A stretch of DNA of 64,000 bases from Blasia pusilla (taxonomy: Eukaryota). The stretch is from NCBI GenBank assembly GCA_050084515.1, contig CM114271.1, positions 40,920,001-40,984,000 on the forward strand. Reading direction: 5' to 3'. The position numbers and the translations under genes are program-made. Under the pieces are notes generated by a model. It did no database searches. It was not told the origin of the DNA and worked only from the letters and a program-made list of their open reading frames with translations. Positions 37,640-51,208 of this stretch are shown piece by piece. Position 1 is the first letter of the stretch, and the number at the start of each line of letters is the position of its first letter.

Positions 37640-40600
37640 ATCTTAACAACCATGTGATGTAATCTCCACTTCTTACTTAATGCAACTGCAACCACTGTTC
37701 TCCTAGTCGCCATCTTTGCAACATGGCTAAATGTTTCCTCATAATCGATACCATATTGTTGTGCATAGGACTTAGCCACCAATCTCGCTTTGTATCTGTT
37801 AATTGTACCATCTTGATTGCGCTTGATTTTGTAAACCTATTTGCAACCAATAGCTTCCTTACCGGAAGGTATATCAACCAACTCCCATGTTTGTTGATGT
37901 CTTAATGCAGCAAGCTCTTCCTCCATAACTTCCATCCATTCGGCTTTACTCGCAGTTTCTTCAAAACAACTCGGCTCTTGCTCTTGAAGGGTAGTCATCA
38001 TATATGCATGATGTGTCACAAGGAAACCTTCATTTATGAATATATGAACTGGATGTGTAACTCTACTTGATCTACGGAGTTGTTGTTCAAAGGTAGATGC
38101 CTCTGACACTTGACTCGAGCTCTGACTAGTGTTAACAGACTGAATATGTACTCTTCCCGTCCATGGACTCACAGATTTAATGGATGAATCTAGGACCTCT
38201 CCTAATCCTGCACTAGTACTTAGGGAAGTTGAAGACAATTTCTGTTGGTTTATAGTCATATTCTCCCCCTCAACAGACAAGTTTAAAGGTGGAATAGGCT
38301 CAGATGGAGCATATCATGACTTTAGCTCATCAAAGACAACATCCCAACTAATAATAAGTTTCCTGGAGGATGGAATGTAGCACTTATATCCCTTAGTTCC
38401 ATCAGCATAGCTAATGAAGATACATCTTTCATACTTGAGGCCTAATTTCTGACGTCTCTCAGAAGGAACATGAGCATAACAAATACAGCCAAATACTTTC
38501 AAGAAGGAAAAATCAGGTTTACTTCTTGTGAAGACTTCGAATGGAGTTTTATCATGAACTCCTGTTGTTGGAGTTCGGTTGATTAAGAAGACTGCACATG
38601 CTACAGCCTCTGCCCAATACACCTTAGGCATGTTCTTCTGATTCAACATAGCTCGTGTCGCTTCACCAATATGTCGATTTTTCCTCTCAGCCACTCCATT
38701 TTTTTGTGGAATGTAGTGGCAAGTCACTTCACGTTGGATGCCATTCTGACGTAAATAGTCATCAAACTCTGTTGAAAGATACTCTCCTCCTCCATCACAA
38801 TGCAATTTCAGAATGTGTTGTCCAGTCTGCTTCTCTACTAGAACTCTGAATGTTTGGAACACTGAGAATACCTCTGACTTGGCTTTCAAAAAGTATACCC
38901 ATATATACCTAGAGAAGTCATCAATAAATGAAACAAAGTACTGGCAACCACTAAGGCTCTATTGTGATGTTGTCCACACATCACTATGGATCAACTCCAA
39001 TATCTTGGATGTTCTACTACCTTGCTTTGAAAAAAGAAATCTAGCTTGTTTTCCTAATTGGCAAGCAGAACATACCTCTAACGTAGCAAGACTCGCTAAT
39101 TTAGGGAGTCCTATTACTATATTAGATGATGAAAGACTCTGTAATCTTTGAAGATTCATATGTCCAATTCTTTTATGCCACACATAGATCTCTGACTTGT
39201 TGGCCGCTTTGACCATACATTGTTGTTTGAATCTCTGGCATAAAAATATCTAATTTGAACATTCTGCTAGATCTAGTTCCTTTGGCTATCGTAGTCTGGT
39301 CATCCATTGTTTCAATGAAACAACCATCTGCGTTAAACTTCACTTGATAACCCTATTATACTATCTGTCCTACAGAGATCAGATTTCTTGCAATGGTAGA
39401 AACATAGAGAACATTTCCAAGAGCACAAAGACCATCTTATGCTATTAGAACTTTATCGGTATACATGATATGATGTTGAGTGTCATCTCCTATGAGCACA
39501 ATCGCAGGGTCTTTCACCGGCTCCAAACTACTGAACCATTTCGCTTGTGAGGTCATGTGATTTGATGCACCGGAGTCAATGTATCAATCTGCTGTCGAGT
39601 CTTTCTTGACCATTGCTCCCATATGATGAGTCATGACCAAGTGATCCTCCGTTTGTGAATGTTGTTGTTCTTGGTAGCGCTCTTGCTGTTGTTGCTCCAC
39701 ATAGTTTTGTTGTTGTAAGGCTCATATTTTCATATCTGCCTTCTTCTTGAAGCAAAACTTTGCATAGTGACCCTTTATCCCACAATAATTGCAAGATCCA
39801 GAAACCCTCTACTATTAACCTTGACCTCAACGGTTTCCACCATCCTCCCCATGTGATTGTGTTTGGTACTGGTTCGTAGTTGATTGAGTGACGTTATATT
39901 GAGTGTCTCTTCCTCCATATGCTTGATATCCACCACGACCATGGAAGTTTCTGCCACGACCCCTGCCTTTGTTTGATCCATAACCTACAAATATCGCACT
40001 CTCTTGCAGACTAGACGAGCTACCGCTACCTACTAGGCGCATCTCTTCACTGATCAACACAGGAACTAACTCTTGAAAGGTTGGATACTTCTCTCTCACA
40101 GAGATAGAGGTCTCAAAAGACTTGTAATCCTTTGGAAGGCCTTGAAGAGTGAATAAGATCATATCATCATCTTCTACTATCACTCCAATGCTATTCAACT
40201 GGTCAACAATATGTCTAATACTCAAAATATAATCATTGATGCTTTGCGATCCTTTCTTCGCTTCGTTCAATTTTTTTTTCAATTGAAGCTTTCTTGCCTT
40301 TGTAGATGTCTGGAACAGCTTTTCCAATGCATCTCAGGCCTCCTTCGGAGTATCAACATCTTGGATGTGACCTCTCATTGGCGAACTGATCGTTATTGAG
40401 ATGTAGTGGATTACTTGCCTTGCGCGTTTGTTCCAAGCGGGAACATTCAAGTCTGTTGAGTCACCTTCTGGCTTGGCCTCATCACCTGTGACAAGCTCCC
40501 ATAGTTCTTGACCCATGAGAAATTTTTTCATGCGAAACTTCCAGACATTGTAATTCTGCTTGTCTAGCTTCTCGCCTATGATTACTGCTGAAGAATACTC

Positions 40601-41430
40601 CATGATAAACGATTTCACTTACAAAAATTATTTTTTCATGCTTTCTACTGCTCTAATTGAAGCATAAATCACTCCTACACAAGAATCGACCTGAAATTTG
40701 CCAAAATTGATCAATTGTCTGAAATAACTAGTCGAAATTGGCCTGTAGAGAGCAAACTGCACAACTTTTCTTCACTAATTGCACTTTCCTATACTGAAAT
40801 TGCTGCTGCATGAGCTCAGAGTGTCAGAATCAAGCGATTGTGGGTGCGTTGGAAAGCTCTCAATGAGCTCTACCAGAAAATTACAACCAGCCTTTTTTAT
40901 CGTTTTATCCGATGCGGAACTTGACAGCTGAATCGACGGGGAAAGCCTTCAAAAATACCTTCAAAGTTTTATCACCATCAAAGCTCCACTTGAAATCTGC
41001 ACCCATTGAGCTCAGACTAAGATTTCCTTCTCCCAAACTGAAATTGTGCCTTCTCTTGCCTCTCTTCTCTCTTCAAACACCAAGTATTTCAAGTGATATT
41101 CTCCTCCCGCTCTGATACCACGTGGAAAATTGCTAAACAAGCGTAATTGGTGGAAAACGACTCTCACACACACACCACCATGGAGAACGAAATTTGCAAT
41201 GAGAGAATGAGTGGAGGCTGGTCCTCTTCTCAATTATATAGGGTATGTACAAGCAACCCTAACCCTATCCTTAACCATAGTCTCGAGTTAGCCTAACTGT
41301 GATTAACTAACCTTAGTTAAGATAATCGTGCTTAACTGACTAACCAAGATTAAGCTTCCCTACTTTGTGTGAGTGCCAAATGTAGCAGTTCATGTGTCTC
41401 ATGAGCTTGACTGTAACTCAATCTTCAATA
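37640..41430 (-). mobile_element. Ty1/copia LTR retrotransposon, degenerate, truncated early in RT
   Basis: Order gag (KLDKQNYNVWKFRM; CCHC ~39760-39795), protease (IDSGASNHMT ~39550-39580), WHKRIGH..C..C, integrase (HCDGGGEY..NGVAERKNR), RT start (QQYGIDYEETFS..W.LHHM.VK). No 3' LTR seen. Confidence 0.92.
41109..41120 (-). other. tRNA-iMet primer binding site of the copia element
   Basis: Minus strand reads TGGTATCAGAGC, immediately inside the putative 5' LTR (~41121-41430). Confidence 0.9.
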
Positions 41431-42385
41431 CTTTTGATGCACCAACGCAAGTGTTGACTGAAAAGGATATCCAATTTAGGGAAGAGTTTTAGACCTTGTG
41501 TGATAAGGCGTTGATACATCACTGCATCGAGTCTAGATATCATCTTCACGAGGATGGATTGGCAAAGAAAGTAGTTCAGGCAATGAAGAGAAGGTTATGC
41601 AAGGATGGCTTGCAACGAGGATATTTGATACCCACAATTGCCATAGTTGGGTAGGGAGTATCGCTTCAATCGACAACATCCTTGGCGTTGTTTTCACCGT
41701 ACTTTTTGCTCTATGGGAGAGAGCCGGATTTACTTGCATCTACTTGACGTGACATGACAGAGGTGTTGGACATTGATGATCCACATGTGTGGTTGCAAGC
41801 ATATTCTCAAAGGACAGATTTTTCATAGAGTTATGCCCATGGCATTTGAGAAATTAGCTATTGCTACCTCAATGCACAACAATACATTGAGGTGTGCAAT
41901 CATTCGTGGAGGTGTTACGGACCAAAGTCCTCATGGTGGAGGGATGGGATGATATGGTTTGGAAAGATCATGTGCGCAACTGTGTGCCATGTTATCTTCC
42001 AAACGTGGACGGGAAAATGGATCCAAACTTGGAAATGATATCTTTGGGCTTGTGTATGTTGTGTGGATCTACGAGGGTTACACCCACCATGTTAGTATGT
42101 GATGATGGTTCTCAAGGGTGGCATATATTGTGTTTGGCACCCCCTCTTGATGTATTTATCACGAGATGGTGGTTATATCCTAGATGTTTATAGGGTAGTA
42201 GGTCATGTCAAGTTCATATGATGGGAGTTAGGGAGACCGAACTGCCAGCTAGGGGCCGGGGCGGTTGTGCGGTCTCCATGTACACGCAAGAGTTCATTTC
42301 TTGTATATGTGTGAATCTACGTGTATGTTGGGAAGATCAATATTGTGTAGTGTGGATGTGATCAGCGATGTGTATGAGCACGATA
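41431..42385 (+). pseudogene. Older remnant of the gypsy family: integrase C-terminus, decayed PHD finger and 3' end
   Basis: WKDHVRNCVPC...CMLCGS..TMLVCDDGSQGWHILCL..PRC matches 56419-56838 (-). Ends GATGTGTATGAGCACGATA, like the terminus at 56112. Confidence 0.8.
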
Positions 42386-42387
42386 GT

Positions 42388-42973
42388 TATCATATCTTAG
42401 TTAGCGGCATATATAGTTCTACCGCGTCAACGACATAGAAAGTCAACGGGTTGTTTGGGTGTAACTTTATCCGGAGGTGTCGGATGAGGTTGACGACAGG
42501 CCTGCTGTAACGGAAATGTCATTTTTGCAATTTCCTTATTTTGGTCTTTGTCAACCAGTGACCAAGTCAACGATCAACCGAGTTATCGATTGGATGCCTA
42601 TTTTTAGGGGCAGAGCATTTTGGCTCTTCCAAAGCCTATAAAAGTGAGGAAGATGGCTTTCTCAAGTCATCTGTCTAATGTTGGGCCTTTGGAGCATCTC
42701 TCTTGCTGATGTGAGGCAAGAACTAGGATGTTAGCATCCGGATTGCCTTATAGTTGAGGGTTGTGACTCGATCTGCCGATATAGATTCAAGAGTGGAGTT
42801 GGCCATTTGAGCCATTTTACTCTGATTTTCGTTCTTCGGTCTCCATGTAATATATGAATGAGTTCATTTCTTGTATGTGTGTGGATCTACTCGTATGTCC
42901 GAGAAGATTGGTGTTGTGTGGTGTGGATGTGACCAACGATATGTATTTTTTAGCGATGTGTATACGTACAACA
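42388..42973 (+). mobile_element. ~590-bp LTR-like or non-autonomous unit
   Basis: Homologous to 52687-53346. Its last ~135 bp repeat 42270-42385. Confidence 0.6.
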
Positions 42974-43029
42974 AGGTGCTCCACATGAACTGACATTAGT
43001 TGCCCACATGTGATTAGATCGACGTCACA

Positions 43030-43600
43030 CTACCATTAGCCTCTAGCCTATTATTACTTGTTGGGGTGATATTAGCAACTTGCCTGTGATTAGCCTTCAG
43101 ACTACCATTAGCCTTAGACATGTGATTAGCCGTAGGACAACCATTATTATCCAGTCTATGATTAGTCATTAAGGTGATATGAGGAATCAGCACGTGATTA
43201 GTCCTTGGGCAACCATAAGCCTTCTCTGTATGATTTCCCGTCGGGCATACATTAGTAGACAACCTATGATTAGTTTTGTGGTTGATATTAGCATCCGACC
43301 TATGACGAGTCATCTGACAACTATTATCCTTCGCCCGATGATTCGTTGTTAGAAAACTATTAGCCTATGGTGTGTGATTACCCATTTGGCTAACATTAGC
43401 AATAAAAAATGGTTAGCACTCGGCCTATGATTAGCCGTTGGGTTGACATTAGCAATGGGCTTGTGATCTCTAGTCAGACTGACATTCGCACGTAGCTCAA
43501 GATTAGTCTTCAGGTTGACGTTTGCAACCTACCAACAATTAGTTGTATGACAACCATTAGCCTTTGGCATGGAAGTAGCCATTGGGTTGATTGGCAACAA
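43030..43600. repeat. Degenerate 36-bp minisatellite
   Basis: Units such as CCATTAGCCTTAGACATGTGATTAGCCGTAGGACAA in 36-bp register; gives a 12-aa periodic ORF on the minus strand. Confidence 0.75.
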
Positions 43601-45551
43601 ACACGCTATCAATATAATTGTAACCCCCTACTTCATAATACTCCTCTATAAAACCTCCTTGCATTGTATAATACACATTGATATGAACATTGTATGGGCT
43701 ACATAGTTCAACGAGAGGGCCCACATACCAACAAATTTATGGAGGGGGCTGATCTAGGAGTGAAAGTTCTCTAGGGTGCAACTTGAGCAACTATCTCTAC
43801 GACGCACACTACTTGAAAAAGGAATATCTTTGTTGGCGTTGAGAAATATGTTAGGAAGTGTAGCAACAAGGAGATAACGATTTACTGCGCATAACTTTGG
43901 CATCTAACCAATTTAAAAAGGCAGGCAACACATATCTCCAAAGAATGGATCATTTAATCATCTGTTTAATATTTAATTTCCAGATCCGTCGTTGTGGGCA
44001 ATTGATTAAAAAAAAGTACTATCATGGATTTATTGATTCTACATACAAAACTATGAATTTCAAGATTCCTTTCTTTGGAGTACTCATGATTCTTCAAGAT
44101 CAAAAAACCTCCTAACAAACAACAATGTGGATTCCAAAATTCAATTTATTATAATAACAAACTTCAAAAGAGGACAAAGAAAGACAAGGAACACATTTGA
44201 GAGGAATTGACCTTAAACAAACCCATATGCAAAAACATATACCTACTAAGAAAGAAAGAAAATTAGAAAACTCACTTGGTATGAAAGAACAAGCTCATAA
44301 AGATAAAAATCCAATAAACACTCCATGAGGAAATTTTTGAAAAAATTTAGAAACACCTCATGGGTTGTAGTTTTCACTACTCGCATCCTCTAGATGCGAG
44401 TGAAAACTACAACCCATGACATTGTAGGCCTGACCAGTAGCAAGAAAATAAGAAAAGGAAGAAGAATACTTTGAACCAAGTATAACTCGGAAAAGCACTC
44501 CAAGGAAAACACTATGTATGAAATTGCATCGCACTATGTGCATATTGAAGAGAGGAGATCCAAAGATCCCAAGCACTTTGGAAAACCCCCAACTTTAGTA
44601 CGAAATAAAGAGAACCCAAAATTCAAGCTCTAGAAGAAAAGTAGTTGATTATTGGAACGAAAGGCCATCAAACATCCTCCATATCCTCCCCAATTCTCAT
44701 CCTCTTCTTACAAACAACTATGAAAATAACAATTACAATAGTTCTGGGCATAACTCTCAACCATCCTCCATCTTCTCCTCAGTTCTCCTCCCCTCCTTGC
44801 AAACAACAAGGAATTGCATTTTTTTTAATCATGCCCCATTGGACGCTGCGTGATTAGTCCCATTTTCCATGAAGTGCATGCTTGATTGATCACATTTTCC
44901 AAGGCCCGCCGGACTTGCAAGTCAGATCTACGCGTTGAATAGGCATGTCCTTTGTCTCCATGGAAGAAGAGTGGCCTGTATCTTCAAAAACCAATTACTT
45001 CCTAACTCTTCCCTCTTGTTAGTTCACACAATTCACTATCTTGGCAAAATGGAGATGATGCTACAAATTCTATGATAACATTGCTGTGCATTGACGGATA
45101 GTATCGGACTTTGCCTCATATAGAATTGAAGATACCTTTGATCTGCTCAGATCAAACCTAAATGTTGTAAGACATAGTTACTTGGAGTTTACTATAGTGA
45201 AAAGTAACTTATAGAATTACTATAGTAACCTTGTGTTTTACCACAATAAATAATAATTTCTTGTTACCATAGATTTACCTCAATAATTCTGAGAATTATT
45301 GTGGGCAGCAGGCCCTAACCCTAAAAATCAAAAAAACCTAGAAAATGATTCTCTTGGCTGTATATAACCCTCAAAATTCCTTTCTCTTACACCTTTTTCA
45401 TTCACAACTCTCTGAGCTGAGGAGCTGATTGAGCAGCACTGAGTGGATTGTGCTTCTAACCTCAGTAGTTCAATGTGCTAAGCACTGAGTGTGCTGCTGC
45501 TTATAAACTGAGAGGTCTGCTGACCTGAGGGGTTCAAGGTGTCTAGTAGTA

Positions 45552-45625
45552 CTAACCTGAGTAGTTGCTATTGAGATGTCTAATGCTGCTAACCTGAGTA
45601 GTTGCTATTGAGATGTCTAATGTGC
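45552..45625. repeat. 37-bp tandem duplication with degenerate neighbours
   Basis: CTAACCTGAGTAGTTGCTATTGAGATGTCTAATG at 45552 and 45589; a partial copy at ~45681. Confidence 0.85.
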
Positions 45626-46418
45626 TTGAGAATGCTAGGTAGTCTGGTGGTACAGGTTGTCTAGTGCTTTCCTCTAAAAACTAACCTGAGTGATTGCTAT
45701 TGCACTAAGTGTGCTTTTAATAGCTAGGTTGTAGAGAAACTCTGATATTATAAAACTAAATAACCATGCCCGCATCATTGTGCCAAAAAGCTAGGTAAGT
45801 TCGATAGACACTTGGCAACCTGACCATTAGCCCATGCTAAATCCACTCCTCCTATGGCCTTATAGGATACTCAAATTTTTACTCTAGCAGACGAATCCCA
45901 CATTACAAAAGTGAGATAACTACCAAGTAGGCCCTGTGTGCAAGAGAGAGTGAGCAAACCGCATTTGACTCGATTCTGTCAACTGCAGCACGAAAACTTC
46001 ATCGACTATAGCTCCACTATCACACAAGTTTGGGAGTAACATGCACCATTTCAGCTCTTCCATTAAAAACTTTGGGACCTAACTCTTCAATCCACAACAG
46101 CTGCAAACACTGCCCAATGCAAAGAAAGGGGGCCTCCTCCATTATGGGAGGAGGCTTACAGGTGCATGTGACTTCTATGAAGAGCCAAACTGAGACCCCA
46201 TTTTGCTACTAATCCATTGATGAGATAGGGTACGAGACTGCTGACATCACGTTATGCATCAAGAGCTCGTTAGTCTCACATAATATCTTCCTCTCCTACT
46301 GCGAGCCCGAAGGTTCATGATTGATGAAACACTATACAGTCCTCCCTATAGTTAAAGGGAGATTCTTTCACTCATCAGAGACTGCTGGAAGCAATCTTGT
46401 TATTTTCATCATTCGCCA

Positions 46419-49400
46419 TTAAGGTGCAGCACCAGGAGCTCCACCCATACCGCCACCAAACTTGCTGAACATTTTGCTTATGATGGGTGCAACTTTGGGA
46501 TTTGCTTGGTGCTTTGCCAAATTTGCTGGATTCTTCATCACTGTACACAGACAAATATCACGACAGGCTGTGAATAAATACTATGCTGGACATAGTTTTG
46601 AAACCATACAAAACCACACTGCATGGCCCTATCAACTCAACCCTTGGCTGTAAATCCTTGGGAGATGATCATTAACCACTGTTAACTCTTTTCAGCAATC
46701 ACCCAAAAAATTAAGGAATCCAAAGACCAAATATGGAGGCAGAAGAATCAGCATGAACGAAATACAGACCATCTTGTAGGGCAGCCATAACTTCAGGGTC
46801 CTGGAAAGCAGCCAACAACTCTGGGTCCTGTTCAAAGGAAGGAAAAACAAGCCTTATTACTCCAAACATCTATACCAAATAAATCTCAACTTGTCTTCGC
46901 ACTGGAATAACCCATTGGATCCATAATATCATGTGCAGCTGCTTGGCTGCTTGGCTCAAGTATGAGTGAACAGTAAAACCGTTCTTCTATTTACTCAAAT
47001 ATTCACTAAGACCCATAAAAGTGGGAACTGACACTGCCTAGAAAGAAAAAGAACACCAAATACACACAAAAAAACCTCAGAACCTTTGAGTATACTTTAC
47101 AGTAAGACTGATTTGGAGACATGGAAAATCAGAAGCTTACACTTAGAATCTTGCTCATGTCAATTCCTCCAGGTCCTGCACCTGGCATGCCACCCATACC
47201 TGGCATCCCTCCCCCCATGCCTCCAGGCATGCCACCCCCAAATCCTGGTATACCACCCATACCTCCCGGCATGCCACCAGGGAAACCTCCCATACCTCCA
47301 GGCATGCCACCAGGGAAGCCACCAGGTGAAGCTCCTTGCCTCCTGCTAGATGAGGATTTTTCCTGCTTCTTTGCGGCTTCATATGCGTGCTGGGTCATAG
47401 TATAGACAGTAGTTAGCAGTTGACTGCACTCAAGCCTGGTCTACTGTTGAAATGGATGTAACCATGCCAAATTTGGTAGCTAAAATACCATCATCTCTTC
47501 TGCTGTACAAACAGTCCTTTGTCTTTGAGAAGATTTTGGCATTCCACATCATGAAATTCTATAACAACCAGCATTTGTAACTCTGGCTTCAAGAGTGCTT
47601 TCTAGACTATTGGGATCTGATCAGGAACAAAGCAACATTAGTTGGGCAATCCTAGGAACAATGCAACACTCAATGAAACAATCCTTCAGCTCGATATCCT
47701 TGGACATATATGATGTACCTGTGCTTCTGCTCGGCGCCTTTGCCTATCTTGCTCAGCCTTCTTCTCCTCCCTCTCCTTGTGCAGACGATCATACTTTCGT
47801 CTATGCTCTTCAATTTTATGAACATTAGGCTCCACCTACATCAGGAACAAGATACAGGTCAACACGAGGACAATTAAGCACCATAATTGTAATTCCAAAT
47901 TGTAGCTATCCTTCAAAAAATAGGGTTTGTTCAATTTCTTGTCCATGACATAGTGGATATTCTACAGAGGGAAGGATCAAAATCCATGCCAATCACCTTC
48001 TTCAAACTGGCTGCAATCTCTTCATCGTAGTCAAGTTTGGACGCAACATGCAGATCCTTGGCAGCTTCTTCCCACTGTCCAAGTAAAGCTTTTGCTTCCC
48101 CTCTCCACTTGTACCCCTTAGCTGAGTCGGGGTTTATCTGTCAGTCACAGCAATTATAACAACAAAAATTCCATTAAGACAGGCGAGACTGCAAATCAAA
48201 ATTTTCCACACTCCTGACCCCTGTGATTCTGCCAACCTGAATTATCTTATATGTAGTTTAAAGGACAGTGTCAATTGTTTCAATAACTTCACAACTGCAT
48301 GTGTTGTTAACCAATATATCTCCACGATTTCTTGCACATTAAAGTAAAACTCAATACTGACCTGGTAAGTCTAATCAGATTCTTCATAAAAGGGGTCTAC
48401 TTAAATCGTACTACCAGCTCCATGGTTCATTAGGAAAAATGTGATTAATTCAAGTGTTAAGTCCTTATTATCACTAATAAGAATATTAAAGCTCTCCCTT
48501 TTCAATCAGTCAGAATGAAGTGTAACAGATGAGAGGATGGATAGCAACCTTAATGGCCGCATCCGCATCTCTGATTGCAGCATTGGGCTTCTTCATCTTC
48601 ACATATACACCAGCTGCAAACAATTACCAGCCAACCAACTGCCCAATCAGTATATTTTCGTCATCTGTAACAGGTTTAGACTCCACTGCCAGTTAATCAG
48701 CGGTTTGTAACTCGCAATTCAAAATTAGTATTTGATTGGCTATCCAACATTGCTGCACTTCGGAGGCAGATATCCACAAACAAAACCACTTTGGTTAAAG
48801 GTTGACAAAGGGCGTGGAAGATGAAATATTAATATTATGATTATCAGTTCAACTCATCTTGGTGTTGCTCCACATCAAGTCCTGTATTTCACTTCCCATT
48901 CTTCCAGATGATGCTCCAAAGAAGGTCTTTCATTATGGGCAGAAATCAAAAATGTTGACTACAAGTGTCATTGGAACTTCAAGATCTTATTTTCAGTCAT
49001 TTACATCATTAACTTGAGTTCTAGCCTATTCAACTTTCAGGGGCCCATGGAAATTAACTGAGCATGAAAACTGAAATGTGAACAATCGTCTCAGATACTG
49101 GAGTAGATTTAACCACTTTGGACTCCCCAGAACAGAACGCCTAGACCACTTTTAGTACCTCTATTGGCATACAGGATAGCTGATGTGGGAGCTGACAGTA
49201 CTGCATCTGTGAGGTGAGTGATTGCATCCTCCAGTTTCCCTAATATGGAAACAAGGCGACTTTGTCAGTGATTCAAGCAGCTGCATCCTGGGAGAATTGA
49301 AATAAACTATCATTAACAGTATCTACATTTCCTGTGCATAGATGAAACACTCACCTTCAGATATAGCTTCCAGAGCCTTCGCCTTGGCTTCTTGGGCACT

Positions 49401-51208
49401 ATCCCGCATTTCTTCAGTGACCTCAATTGACGGATCACCCATCTGAAACATCAAAGTTTAAACATGATTTACTCCAGATTCAACAATCTTGCACCATGGT
49501 CTACAAAGGCCACGTTTAAGGGACTCAGAATGCTCCTTCTCAGATTCTTTTTCTGAAAATTTCTCAACTTTATGATCGCATCTAAAGACCATCTTCTCAT
49601 GTACTCTGCCATTCACAAATATTCAAAACATTCTTCCCTTCTATTGAAAGTAACATTTCCCAGGCAACAGAAAGTACCTTCTGTGGAGGCTCATCATCTG
49701 GTGGTATGACACCCTCGTTGTCCAGCTCTAAGTCTGACTCCACTACTTCCGGAATATCTTCCCAGGTTCTGGCAGATTCTGTCTTTGATGATGCAAATTG
49801 CTCCTCAAGCTCTGGCATGTCATCATCACTGTCTCCCTCAGCGTTGCCCTATTATTTACAACAATCCAAACGAGAGCAAGAAATTACATCAAAAAATGCA
49901 TTAGCTCATTTTGGGGATCACTCTCCCCACAAGCTAACTAACAACAACCCTCACCTCGGCACATCATACTCACACTGAATCTTCTTCATCATTCTTGGAT
50001 GCGTCAACACTTAGGAATATTATTCATCGCAGGGGAGGATCCAAGACATGTATTTTATGGCCTTTCCATTCTTCGAATTAAACGCTCTAGCAGAAGGTCC
50101 CAGATGACACGATTTTTAACCCCCTATCAAACCAGACTCACCGTCAGGCAACCCGTTGATCTTTCAGAAGGGTCCCATTTCACAAGGTTTGCTTCAAATT
50201 GTTTCCAGCTTCCAGAAAACTTAGGGTTTAGAGGGGTTAATCATTTAAGTGCTCAACTTCATGGTAATTAAAATTTGGCACTGCGACATCACCCCCACCA
50301 CACAATGTCGTTGTCGAGAGCTTAGGGACCTTCAATTAAATACCCATTCATGAAACTTCACTACTAGACCGTCGCTAGGGTCCACGAGGAGAATATTCTA
50401 CTTTTCTTTGAAAACCCCAACACCTTGGCCTGGTACTTGGAGACTTCGATTCGATCTTCCTGTTCCAAGACTGATCATATGGAATCAAGCTTCCCTAACT
50501 CATTGTAAGACTACATAGATTCCTCAACAATAATCGAGAGATTACTCACCCACTCCGCGTCCGGGGTTTTCTCTCCCGGCCCATAGGCAGCTGGTGGAAC
50601 TCTGGCTCCAAGCCTGCGGAAGTAAGTGATTGTTGTTAGGGACAAACCAACAGAGAAAAAAAGTGCCGAAAACTTGATTCCACATCGATGAGGTAAAAGA
50701 ACCAAGAAGTTGGTTAACAAACCGGCTGCAACGGTCTGATCGAACATTCTCTACCCGCTAAAACTACACCATAAAGTATCTGCAAGATGACGGCCAACAA
50801 TACCAAGACACACATCCACACCACGAATTGTAAACAGCCAACAAACCAGCAATGGATGGCTGAATAAACTAGTAAGAGTTAAGCCCCTCCTTGGTTCCTA
50901 GAGGAGGACCTAGAGGAGCAAAAGAGACATGTTCCGGTGGTGGAATGCGCAAAAAACTGAGCTGGAACGGCTACAAGGAAGAGGGATAAATTGCGTTATC
51001 TTTTCCAATCATTTGGAACTTTTCTAATTCACCCAAACAGAACAGAAACATGTTTCAAGTAATCCTACACCCAGTAGATCAAGGTCTGAGTCACTCACTT
51101 CTCCAGGTAATCACGGAAAAAGCGTAGTTGAGGATCCCGCAGCACAGCGGGATTCGACTCGCACTGCTTCACGAACAGCTTCAGTTCTGCAAGCTTCGCG
51201 ACGTCCAT
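46419..51208 (-). CDS. HIP: Hsp70-interacting protein (HIP / ST13 / FAM10 family co-chaperone), about 10 coding exons
   Basis: Approximate exons with GT-AG borders: 51208-51099 ([36 protein letters not shown]), 50613-50550, 49848-49678 ([21 protein letters not shown]), 49442-49355, 49238-49159, 48613-48549 ([13 protein letters not shown]), 48137-47997 ([16 protein letters not shown]), 47835-47719, 47389-47141 (GGMP repeats), 46827-46770 ([16 protein letters not shown]1) and ~46540-46419. Confidence 0.95.

Noticed and set aside
36973-37662. 229-aa plus-strand ORF as a gene
   Set aside because: No recognisable motif, and it overlaps the antisense of the copia RT end; probably a chance ORF.
41431-42385. 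Direct 3' continuation of gypsy copy 1 (9155-33673)
   Set aside because: Same strand, but more decayed, and the downstream terminal sequence does not match the 9155 region; cannot be supported.
47086-47405. Proline-rich plus-strand ORFs
   Set aside because: Antisense of the HIP GGMP-repeat exon.
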